Shown here piece after piece: positions 1 to 10,142 of a stretch of 54,564 nt of DNA. Position numbers and translations under genes: made by a program. Within the stretch, counting starts at the first letter, position 1. Each line of letters opens with the position of its first letter. This DNA comes from Octopus sinensis (Eukaryota), in the NCBI RefSeq assembly GCF_006345805.1, contig NW_021833804.1:1-54564 (forward strand), read 5' to 3'. The notes beneath the pieces are model-generated. The model saw nothing but the letters and a program-made list of their open reading frames with translations, made no database searches and was not told the DNA's origin.

Positions 1-165
1 CGGAGTATTATTATCCGACACATTGTTTTGGTTTCACAACAGTGAAAGAGGAATCGATCGGGATCGATACAAGTTCGATCTTCTTTATCATCGTAATATC
101 TTCTATATTGCTTGTGTGTGTGTGCCTGTGTACGTGATCGCAAACCTGTATCTGTGTGTGTTGTG

Positions 166-196
<31 letters not shown>

Positions 197-235
197 TGGT
201 GTGTGTGTGTGTGTTTGTGGTTAGGTTATTCGTCT

Positions 236-300
236 CACATCATAACGTCCTGAGTGCGATTCCTGTTGGCGCGTGGTATTCTTGAGCAAGACAATTTCTA
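236..300 (+). mobile_element. Short SINE head fragment
   Basis: GAGTGCGATTCC (B-box-like) followed by GTATTCTTGAGCAAGACA resembles the SINE at 19928-20180 (GGTTTCGATTCC...GTGTTCTTGAGCAAAACAC). Confidence 0.3.
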
Positions 301-302
301 TC

Positions 303-1126
303 TAGACTTGAGCAATGATTGTTGCATTAGGTGGTGTACAATTCAAAGTGATTACTCTTACATCCCCATCATGTGAGAGAAGAATCTCTATTTTTTCCCA
401 TGAAGTTCTCTTCTCGGTTGTTGGTTGAAGCTATCCCTTCCTTTACCAGCCACTGACAACTGTACAAACGTTTAGCATAGCGATAGAAGATACATTTTTC
501 GTCACCAGTCACAAGTCTATTCAAAAATGAGTTCGTAAGAATGGAGAGAAGAGCAGATGTCAACTCGGGATTTGCGCTGGCTTCGGACAATTCATGAGGC
601 ACTCATTTTCCAAGTTTTAGGAACTTTTCCAAGTTGTTGATGGACAGTTGTATGGTTTGAACTAATCTTTATTGACAATTCTTCAATTGATAATGCAGGA
701 TTTTCTTCAAGTAATGCCTCAAGGAGCTTATCATCAAACTCAACAGGACGTCCTGTTTAGTCTTCATCTTCAAGGTTGAAATCTCCACTTCTGAATTTTG
801 CTAACAATCTTCTGCAAGTTCCTTCATTCAAGCATTCTTTTCCTATAAACTGAGTGTATGCTTCGAGTCGCTTCAGCTGCAGAGTTTCCTTTTTTGTATT
901 CATAAAGCATTATGCACCTCAAATGCTCTTCAGATATTTCCATGTTAGAAAGGATTTTAATCATAGAAATTTTAATTCTATTATTCTGTAAAATAATATC
1001 TAATTGGTTTAAACGTACACAAATGCATAAAAATAATTTTAATTCCATTAGACATTCTAAAATACTATTAAGTTTCATTCAATTATAAAAAACCGTAAAA
1101 TCGGACAGAACTTATGAGATGACCTT
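303..1126 (-). mobile_element. Mariner (DD34D family) remnant: 5' ~800 bp with one TIR; duplicate of 12643-13445
   Basis: TIR TCGGACAGAACTTATGAGATGACCT at 1101-1125. ATG at 943 gives MEISEEHLRCIMLYEYKKGNSAAEATRSIHSVY; later fragments include MPHELSE and RLVTGDEKCIFY (first catalytic D). Frameshifted and truncated at ~303. Confidence 0.9.
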
Positions 1127-1250
1127 TACTTCTTACGTATGACAAGCCCTCTCACGAATTCAAAATCACTTACTCGATTGTAGATGAGGTACATCCCTAC
1201 AGGAAACGTAGCTTCAAATGAAAAATGTAGTGACTTTTGTTGGAACGGTA

Positions 1251-2437
1251 CGAGGGGCGTTCATAAGTAATGCCTCTGACCCATTTACAGTTGCTTGATC
1301 TAGCTGAAATTAGCATGTGCAATTATTTATATCTCTATAGATTACGTGGCAAAATTACAGCTCTGACCTAATTGTGGTTTTCCTGATTTACAGGTGTTTT
1401 GAACTGAGTCAAGTGTGAAATGGAGCCTGTTGAGTGTCGACAGTGATCTGGTTTTTGTATTTGAAAGGACGCACACCACGGGAGACTTGTTATGAATGAA
1501 AGAAACTTATGGTGATGATACCCCCATCATATGACCTTGTAAACGCTGGCATCAAACATGGTCGGAACTCTGTGGAAACAGCTCCCAGATCTGGTCGCCC
1601 CCCTTTCTGCCATTGATGAGGCATCTGTCCGTCAATTGAGGCGGCCATTTTGGAAGATCGACGCGTAACTATTCGCCAAATAGCCCTTGAGGTCAAGATT
1701 AGTACCGTGTCTGTGGAAACTATCATTCATGACCATTTGCATATGCAAAAAGTTGTCCTGCCAGATGGATTCCCGGTTGCTCACACCTTTCCAGAAGCAA
1801 GAACGCGTCGAGTGCTCGAGGATGATTTTGGAGATGTGCCAAGAAATGAGTCAAAATTTCTCAAAAGACTGATTACCAGGATGAAACCTGGCTCCATCAC
1901 TATGATCCAGAGACCAAAGCCCAGTAATGCAGTGGAAGCACCGTGACTCACCTCCTCCAAAGAAGGCAAGAGTGCAGCCCTCCGCTGGCAAGGTCATGCT
2001 CACAGTCTTTGGGGGAACCAGGACGGAGTAGTTGATGACAGATTTCCTGGCAAAGGGTACCACAATTACAGGAGTCTATTATGCTTCACTTTCGAGGAAA
2101 TTAAGAGAAGCTATCAAAATCAAGAGGCGGGGCAAGATCAGCAAAGGCATCCTCCTCCTGCAGGACAACGCTCCGGTCCACAACTCGCGTGTCGCCAGAT
2201 CAGAAGCACAGGCGTACGGCTATGAACTCGCAGCCTTGATTTCTGAAGTCACATCGTGGTTGGAGGACCAAGCTGGGGTCTTCTACAAAAACGGTCTCCA
2301 GAGCTGCATCAAACGATGGGAGAAATGCGTAACTCTAGGTGGTTCCTATGTAGAAAAAGACTAATGACTGTGCCAAGTTTCGTTGCTCTACTGCTATGGG
2401 AAGTTGGTCAGGGGCATTACTTATTGAACGCCCCTCG
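1251..2437 (+). mobile_element. Mariner element (irritans/Bytmar-like TIR), internally deleted, TA target duplication
   Basis: TIRs CGAGGGGCGTTCATAAGTAATGCC and GGCATTACTTATTGAACGCCCCTCG; TA at 1249-1250 and 2438-2439; empty site GGAACGGTAAGTTATG in the paralogues at 13561 and 14314. Confidence 0.95.
1420..2364 (+). pseudogene. Mariner transposase pseudogene
   Basis: MEPVECR start, RSGRP, EDRRVTIRQIA, SAGKVMLTVF, LLQDNAPVH, RWEKCVTLGGSYVEKD stop. Several frameshifts; the HPPYSPDLAPSD segment is missing. Confidence 0.9.
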
Positions 2438-2808
2438 TAAGTTATGAAAGTTGTTTTAGGTGATTGAAAGGTTTGAAAAGGAAAATAGCCTTATTATGAC
2501 CTTGTATGCATAGGAAGGAACATGTTTTGTGTCAGTGCCAGCCAACATGATTTTTTAACTACTTCATTTCGCCCGGCGTGTTAGCATTTCCGCCAGGTCG
2601 GCGTTTTAATCTTCCATAATATAATAAATAAAAAAGTGAGAAATATTCCCACACGAACTACAAATGCAATAAAAAAAATGTCCTTGAACAGGATGTTTTT
2701 ATACATATCGTGGGAACATTTTTTAAAGGAAACAAATTGAAAAGCGTTCCGTCATTAGCTTTGATATATATATATCCTCGAAATAATAATAATAATAATA
2801 ATAATAAT

Positions 2809-2842
<34 letters not shown>

Positions 2843-2985
2843 TCATGAATGGATGTTGTTTTCACAGCGATAATGTGAAAACAACCATTCATGAATTTAT
2901 TTATTTATTAATTTTTTTAAATACATATTTCACCTGTGAATTTGCGTGTGTAATCTGGGAATGCATACAACGAGCTTCTCTCCCC

Positions 2986-3016
<31 letters not shown>

Positions 3017-3108
3017 TGTGTGTGTGTGTGTGTGTGTGTGTGACCGCATGTGCATCGTTGGCGATTTTTTCCTCCGTTTTTCCTTCCTAGGATCTTTCCC
3101 TTTCCTAT

Positions 3109-3143
3109 GTTTCTGACGAAGAGCTCCGCTCGAAACGTTAAAT
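3109..3143 (+). ncRNA. Minimal type-I hammerhead ribozyme motif (Penelope pLTR-like)
   Basis: GTTT-CTGACGA-A-GAGC(TCC)GCTC-GAAA-CGTT-AAAT: CUGANGA and GAAA cores, 4-bp stem II, palindromic AC/GU stem III, stem I GUUU/AAAU. Confidence 0.65.
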
Positions 3144-3241
3144 CCTCCTTCTTTCTTTCCTTTCCTGAGCGTCCAATAACACTATACCTGTTCCACGTCC
3201 TCGCGTAGTTGTGTTTTCATGCTTAGATTAACTTTATAAAT

Positions 3242-3274
<33 letters not shown>

Positions 3275-4033
3275 AACATTATATGACTCAATAGACACTA
3301 AAAGGACTTTCTTAACGAGCTGACCAGGAAGACAAGATCCCTACGGTGGCAGATAGAGCCGGATCACTGATGATTTCGCATTCTGATGCTTAATGCATCT
3401 TAATGCCCCTCAATGGCTCTCACCGCGCCCAGAGCTAAACTCATCTCGCTTTGTCAGCTTATAAGATCTCCGTAGAAATCATATGCTGATTTCATAAACG
3501 GTAATTCGCAATTTTACAACCTGAAGGCCCCTCACTATTATAGTGCTTATTGTAGCCATTGAATTGTTTTGACTATTATTTCTAGCAATACCCCCCCCCT
3601 ATCCTTGTATATTTTAGTGACGTATATATTTCTGTCTTCGAAGACTCATATTGTCGTTCAATGTTCGAAATGTGAAGTAGAAAGAGAGCCGACAGCTGAT
3701 GAAGGGTCGTCCTTGAGGCTGGGCAAGTACCTCATTTTCATTATCATTTTCATAGTATCATTCATAAAGATTCGTGTTTATAGGAGGTCGGTCATGGTTC
3801 TATGGCTGGCATGAATTCCCAACTGTTCTCGCCTTTCTGTTCTGAAACTGTCTAACATTGCCATACGTATTGAATGCTCTCTTCTATATCAGAATATGGA
3901 AAACTACACTTAAGGTTTTCCATTTGTTTCTCTCTTTGTATGCATATTGAACTCATTTGTTTTCGTTTTTCATGCTGTTTATGTTGGTGATGTCCTGTAC
4001 ACATATATGCATATGTATATATATATTATATTG

Positions 4034-4081
<48 letters not shown>

Positions 4082-4104
4082 TATATACATACCTACATAT
4101 ATAG

Positions 4105-4139
4105 GTAGATAGATAGATAGATAGATGAGATAGATAGAC

Positions 4140-4176
<37 letters not shown>

Positions 4177-4179
4177 TAT

Positions 4180-4212
<33 letters not shown>

Positions 4213-4227
4213 ATAGATAGATAGATA

Positions 4228-4258
<31 letters not shown>

Positions 4259-4260
4259 CA
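4105..4260 (+). repeat. (AGAT)n microsatellite next to a (TA)n tract
   Basis: Directly visible tandem repeat. Confidence 0.95.
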
Positions 4261-4463
4261 TGCATATATACAATATATATATATATATAATATTATTATA
4301 TTATTATTTGATTGAACGCCAGGCATCCATTATTTCCCAATATATACATCCATCCATCTATCCATCAATCGATATATATATATATATATATCAAATTACC
4401 TACTTAGAAATTCTCTAAAAGAGATAAAGTAGTGACAATACTGAGAAGTAATGTTTATCAAAG

Positions 4464-4552
4464 TGGCTGCTCCGTAGGAACTGAAGTCACTGCTGTTTTA
4501 ACCCAACCCTATGGTTAAAATGGTAGTGACGTCAGTTCCTACAGAACAGCCA
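4464..4552. repeat. ~89-nt imperfect hairpin (about 40-bp arms, 9-nt loop); further copy of the right arm at ~4853-4905
   Basis: GGCTGCTCCGTAGGAACTGAAGTCACTGCTGTTTTAACC vs GGTTAAAATGGTAGTGACGTCAGTTCCTACAGAACAGCC: 36 of 39 positions pair by manual count, including 3 G-U. Confidence 0.85.
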
Positions 4553-4693
4553 TGTTGAAGTGGCGATAGACATTACTTCTCAGTTAATTCTTTCATCTCT
4601 TTCTATCCAGTCACTTTGGTTGTTAAAAGATCAGTGACTAGCTGTCACTTATTTTCTGTATAGTGCGAGCTGGAGCGAACTACAGCTAAATCT

Positions 4694-4762
4694 ACAGGAC
4701 AGGTATCCACCACTGAGGATGAACATCAAAGAGCTTGAAACCTATGGTCTGATGGTCCTGTT
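4694..4762 (+). ncRNA. Type-I hammerhead ribozyme candidate with GUC cleavage triplet and decayed stem II
   Basis: CCACCA-CTGAGGA-(17 nt)-GAAA-CC TAT GG-TC-TGATGG; stem I extended by ACAGG/CCTGT; stem III ACC/GGU. Confidence 0.55.
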
Positions 4763-5025
4763 GCTGGAAAATGGTAGGGGTTCGCTCCCCTGTTTGCAAT
4801 ATATATCGGGTGCAGATTACACTGAATAACCTGCTGAAGGAGACGTCATCCAGGGGTTTAAATAATAGCAACGTTAGTTCCTACGGAACAGTCATGTTGA
4901 AATGGCGTGTGTGTGTGTATATATATATATATAGGGAGAATTTCACAAAAAAATGCAAAAGATGAAGACAGGTGGTGTAGACAAGAAACAGATGTATTAG
5001 TATAACACTCGGGAAGTGAAAAAGT

Positions 5026-5061
5026 CTTTAACATTTCGAGCCTACGCTCTTCCACAGAAAG
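5026..5061 (-). ncRNA. Variant or degenerate minimal hammerhead motif
   Basis: Minus strand CTTT-CTGTGGA-A-GAGC(GTAG)GCTC-GAAA-TGTT-AAAG; same architecture as 3109-3143 with core changes. Confidence 0.45.
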
Positions 5062-5754
5062 GAACACAGAAAGAAACAAGGAGGTAAAATAAACTGTGTA
5101 GTGGCTAGCGATCTATCATGGCGAATGCCGGAAGGAAGGGTCACACAGGAGAGCTAGGGAGAAGGGGAGGTAATAAAGTAGTGGTGATCCCAAAACGAAG
5201 GTGCCCCTGCATGTGTATAAGAGAGTTTGTATGTGCGTGTGGAAGAGGGCTGGTGATTTTGACGTGTGCGTGTGTGTATGTGTAGGTGTGAAAATTTGAG
5301 GATGGGAAGTGGTCAGTGCTGTTGTGTGCATGGTGGTGTCTTGTGATGTGATGTATTATGTGGTACGGTGATGTAAGGTGTAGTGGTGTGTGGTGCGGTT
5401 TGATGGTGTTGGGAGGTCAGGGAAGCGAAAGTGGCGAAAGCCAGGGTGGGTGTGGGTTAGGCTGAGGGTGGTGGTAGAGTTGGGTTATGTGGGTGGTCAG
5501 AGAGTGAGAGTAGAGGTGGGGTATGTGGGAGTGGGTGTAAGGGTTGGGGTGGATGGGATGGGGAAAGATAGGGCAGGTTGGGGTGGAATGTGTAGGGGTG
5601 GGGTGGGCTTACGAGGGAGGGTGACGTTGAAGAGGGGAAGGAGAAGTGAAAAGGAGAGAGAGAGTAGGAGTGAGGAGAAGTAGGAGTAGGAGCAAGAGAG
5701 GAGAGGTGGGTGGGAGGAAGTAGCTGTCAGGAGGAGAGAGGCGAGGAGAAGAGG

Positions 5755-6147
5755 TTAGATGAAGAGGAGAGGAAAGTTTAGCCCATTTGGCGCAAAGGAG
5801 CAAAGAGAGAAGATTAATCCCTGTTCACGGCGTAAACGGGAAACCAGATGGCTCCTGTGCAAGAACAATCCGAACACGGACATGTGTTACAAAGAGTGAC
5901 CGGTAGAGCGGAAACGGCGCAAGACCGGGGCGTCATTGCCGAGTCGGATGTTTCGGAGGGATTCCGTGAACCAGTCAGCCCAGCGGCGCCCCGTTTGCTC
6001 AATGTATAGAGAAGGGCAGAGAGAGCAGGTGATGCAGTAAATGAAATTGGTTGAAGTGCAGGTGAAGGACTTGTTGATGTGATAGGATATCACGAAGACT
6101 GCATGCGTGTGACGTGTTTCTGTACTTCTTATAATGTATCCACACAT
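5755..6147 (-). pseudogene. GIY-YIG endonuclease domain of a Penelope-like element
   Basis: One frame with a single internal TAA (5887-5889, likely from CAA); IYCITC-x2-C-x3-YI(G>E) and C-terminal REQ...P.GLN motifs. Confidence 0.8.
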
Positions 6148-6920
6148 GCATGCTTGTCACTTCATCTCAGCCTAATTACATCAGTATTTCGGACATCTTT
6201 GCGTCGATGTTAGAAAACTATACTCGACGCAAGGTTATAATCAATGTGTTATATACCCCCAGCTAAAGGAAGGTTATTTACATTATGACAGAAGTTAGCT
6301 CCTTCAATGTTATCGAGTGGAGAAACAAATATATAGTGTCATTAACAAGAAAAGCTGTGTATACAATAAATGATGGGTTATATTCGGACTAATTGAATAT
6401 ATAAATTCATCTTTTAGAAGATTTTGGCATACACATACATACATATATACTTATATTATATTATATTACGTATATATATATACTTATATTATATTATATT
6501 ACGTGTATATATATATATATATATATATTATATGTGTGTGTGTGTGTGTGTGTATGTGTGTGTGTGTGTGTGTGTTTGTGTGTATGTGTGTGTTTGTGTG
6601 TGTGTATGTACACGCACATTTACACTTGCATGAAACATATTTGTATGTATGCAGAATGCGTGTATATATGTATGTGTGTTTCTATATATATCATATAAAC
6701 ACAAACACACACACACACACATACACACACACACACACACACACATATATACATATATATACGTATACAATGCATATGTATATATATTTATATATATATA
6801 TACAAATATATTATATTTGTATGTATGTATGAATGTATGTGCATGTAGATTCAGTTGTATATCACGTGCAGGCATACCGTTATCTATACACATTCAAGCG
6901 CAAACTTCTTAACATATTCA

Positions 6921-6951
<31 letters not shown>

Positions 6952-7324
6952 GCACGCATGCAGAGACAGCTACAAAATATGAATTCCCCCTTAATGATAA
7001 CAAACATGTAATCAACACACGCCAATTTAAAATGGTGCAGAAGCAACCATTTGAAGCAATACGTCTTTCCGCGAGGCTCGACGAGGTAACGCCTCCCACA
7101 TGCCTAGGGGAGGTAAGCAAGTTTATAAGTAAGACAGACAACAGTGCCTAACTAATTCCGGATTATACAATAGTCAGAGAAAGCATGAACACTAACGTGT
7201 ATGGAACTGCTACACACACACACACACATGCACACACAAAAGTACTTTATTGTGTTTTGAATCTAAAATTATCTTTGTTGAACGTATAATCAAACTTCGG
7301 ATAACTTAAATCATCAAAGTACCA

Positions 7325-7367
7325 GTTATCATTATTATTATTATTATTATCATTATTATTATTATTA

Positions 7368-7422
<55 letters not shown>

Positions 7423-7932
7423 CATTATTATTATCATCATCATCATCATCATCACTACTACTAATAATAATAATAAGAAGAAGAAGAAGAAGAAGAAGAA
7501 GAGAGAAGAAGAAGAAGAAGATGATGATGATGATGATGATGATGAAGATTCAAGAAGAAGAAGAAGAAGAAGAAGAAGAAAAAGAAGAGAAGAAGTAAAA
7601 GAAAGATGAGCAGATGATGATGATGATGAATGATGATTAAGAAGAAGAAGAAGAAGAAGAGAAGAAGACGAAATAAGAAGAAGAAGAAGAAGAGAAGAAG
7701 AAGAAGAAAGAAGAAGCAGAATAAGAAGAAGAAGAAGAAGAAGAAGGAAGAGGAAGAAAGAAGAAGAAGAAGAATATTGCTGAAGACTAGAAATAGAAGA
7801 ATGAGAAAAGATAACTGCTGTTCTAAGACGACTTACTAAACTACCTTTACTTACTTACTAACTACTTTACTCTATTATTATTATTATTCATTGTTTTTTT
7901 CGTTGTTGTTGTTGCTTTGCTGTTGCTGCTGC

Positions 7933-7999
<67 letters not shown>

Positions 8000-8200
8000 C
8001 TCCGTCGTTGTCGCTCTTATCTTCCTCACCAATACCTACCAACATCATGATTCACAGAGTGAGCTTCACCACCGTCATCTCGGTCGTCGTCGTCGTCGTC
8101 GCCATCATCATCATCGACCTCGTCATCGTCATCATCAAAGCCGTCGTCCGCGTTTGTCGTCACCGTCGTCGCTACGTGTGCTTTTTGGCAATTAACACGT
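7325..8200. repeat. Compound trinucleotide array (ATT, ATC, ACT, AAT, AAG, GAT, TGC, CGT/CAT)
   Basis: Directly visible; explains the poly-L, A, K and H ORFs in the track. Confidence 0.95.
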
Positions 8201-8664
8201 CTAAAAATGGTAGCAGACAAGTGGGGGGTAGTGAGGAGGAGGTGGGTAGTAAGGTGGGTAGGCAGGTTGGTACGACGATAGGTAAGCGAGTAAGTATGGC
8301 GGTAGATTCCTAAAGTAGGTACGTAAGAATGAACTGAGAAGATGGACGTGGACTAGGAGATGGAAACGGAAGGGGCGATGTAACTGGGAAAATCTTTGAT
8401 AAGGAGACAGAGAGAAGCGGATTAAGAGAACGTCAGCAGAACTGGAATTGGTCAAGACACGATACAGATTTATAGAGACAATGTTTCCAATCATTCTAAT
8501 TATACAGGCATAGCTGGAGCAATTTTCCTTTCATCTGGTTTATGTGAATTATCACAGTTTCTCAATAAAGAGAGGATGCGTACGTACGGAGATACACAGA
8601 TGTACATCTGCGGATATATGTAAATATAAAGATATACACGCTTGAGGTGTGTGTGTGTGTGTCT

Positions 8665-8717
<53 letters not shown>

Positions 8718-8877
8718 ATACGTGGTATTTATTGAGAAACTCCGATAGTTTACATAAGTTAGATGAAACGGAAATTGCTCCAGCTAAGATGAAGAAACTA
8801 TATATATATGCATGTATTTAATATAATATAATATATTATATATACATATGATACACATATATATAACATATATACAT

Positions 8878-8919
<42 letters not shown>

Positions 8920-9563
8920 TGTGTGTGTGTGTGTGTGTGTTCATATGTATATAGAATGTATAAATATATGTATGAATGCATATATCTATCTATGCATACA
9001 TAGAGATAGAGATAGATAGATATATATATATAGAGAGAGGTTGATATGTTTCTGTGCGTGTGTGTGTTGCTTGTGCATGTGTGTGTGTGCATGTGTGCGT
9101 GCGTGAGTGTCTGTTTGTGTGCGTGCGTACGCACGTGTGTGTGCTTGAATGCGTACGCACAGAAGAGGATAGAGAATCCTGAATATGTGCATTTGTGTCG
9201 CGAGAATCTTCAAACAGCTAGATTCCCGCGAGGTTAACCATATATTAATTCACTGATGAACACACACATACTTCTAAGTATTTACACGTAGAACGTCAGA
9301 AGCACATACATTCAGATGTCTTCGTAGATACGTGCACCTGCATATATATACCCATCTATATATTTATCTATATATATGACACACATATATAGATAGATAT
9401 ATACGCAAACATATTGCTAGAATTCTTAAATGAACATATAAATACAGCCATACATATACAATTATATCGTATTATATGTGTCTGTGTGCTTGTATGTGTA
9501 TGTATGTCCGTGTGTGTGTGATTGTGTGTTATCTATATACAAACACAATCACATCATAACATT

Positions 9564-9611
<48 letters not shown>

Positions 9612-10142
9612 GGTGTGTATATATATATACATATATATATCTATATACATATATATGCACATATATACACATACACACGTTATACTCACATATATAAACA
9701 CGTGTGTGAGTTTGTGTGTGTTGAGGCAGGGCGGTAAATATCTTAATGTGTATCGAAATCCTTGTCATTCGTGACAGTATAATGTTGCAAGACTGAATGA
9801 AACAGACAAACAGCTGAACAATACAAATAATACTACACCAGAATTCGTGAGAATTGCCCACAAGATGGCAACTGTTTAGTAATCTCGACAGAAAACAGTC
9901 ATAAACTTGCATCAAAGAGCAGAGACGAACCTAATGTGTGAACTCGTGCAACAGACTTGATACTGAAATCTCGATTTTATTTGCGAATATTCACTTGTCC
10001 CTTATAAAAATGCTTTATGTCTTTCTTGATATTTAATTATCAGGTCATCCCATAAGTTCTGTCCGAATTTTGAATAAAGAAATCAAATTATCAAATTTTA
10101 TATTTAATTGAAATTTAATCATCAATGTACTTTCTCTGATTA

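Larger units (their letters stand above)
303..3162 (+). repeat. Segmental duplication copy A (paralogue of 12643-14269; carries an extra mariner)
   Basis: Colinear with copy B across the mariner body, the TIR, the same unique flank, the (AAT)n and (TG)n tracts and the CTGACGAAGAGC...GAAACGTTAA tail. Confidence 0.9.
4935..6155 (-). mobile_element. Penelope-like retroelement 3' part: GIY-YIG endonuclease, low-complexity spacer, pLTR-like tail
   Basis: Minus-strand translation SFTCTSTNFIYCITCSLCPSLYIEQTGRR...REQGLIFSLCSFAPNGLN; tail carries a hammerhead-like motif at 5026-5061. Confidence 0.8.

Noticed and set aside
3688-3722. CTGATGAAGGGTCGTCCTTGAGGC hammerhead-like stretch
   Set aside because: Hairpin present but GAAA replaced by GAGG; no cleavage triplet or stem I.
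5390-5683. G-rich ORF and possible G-quadruplex region
   Set aside because: Low-complexity spacer of the Penelope-like tail; no independent sign of function.
7041-7117. Possible exon ending at GAG|GTAAGC
   Set aside because: Weak acceptor, unrecognisable peptide and no neighbouring exons.
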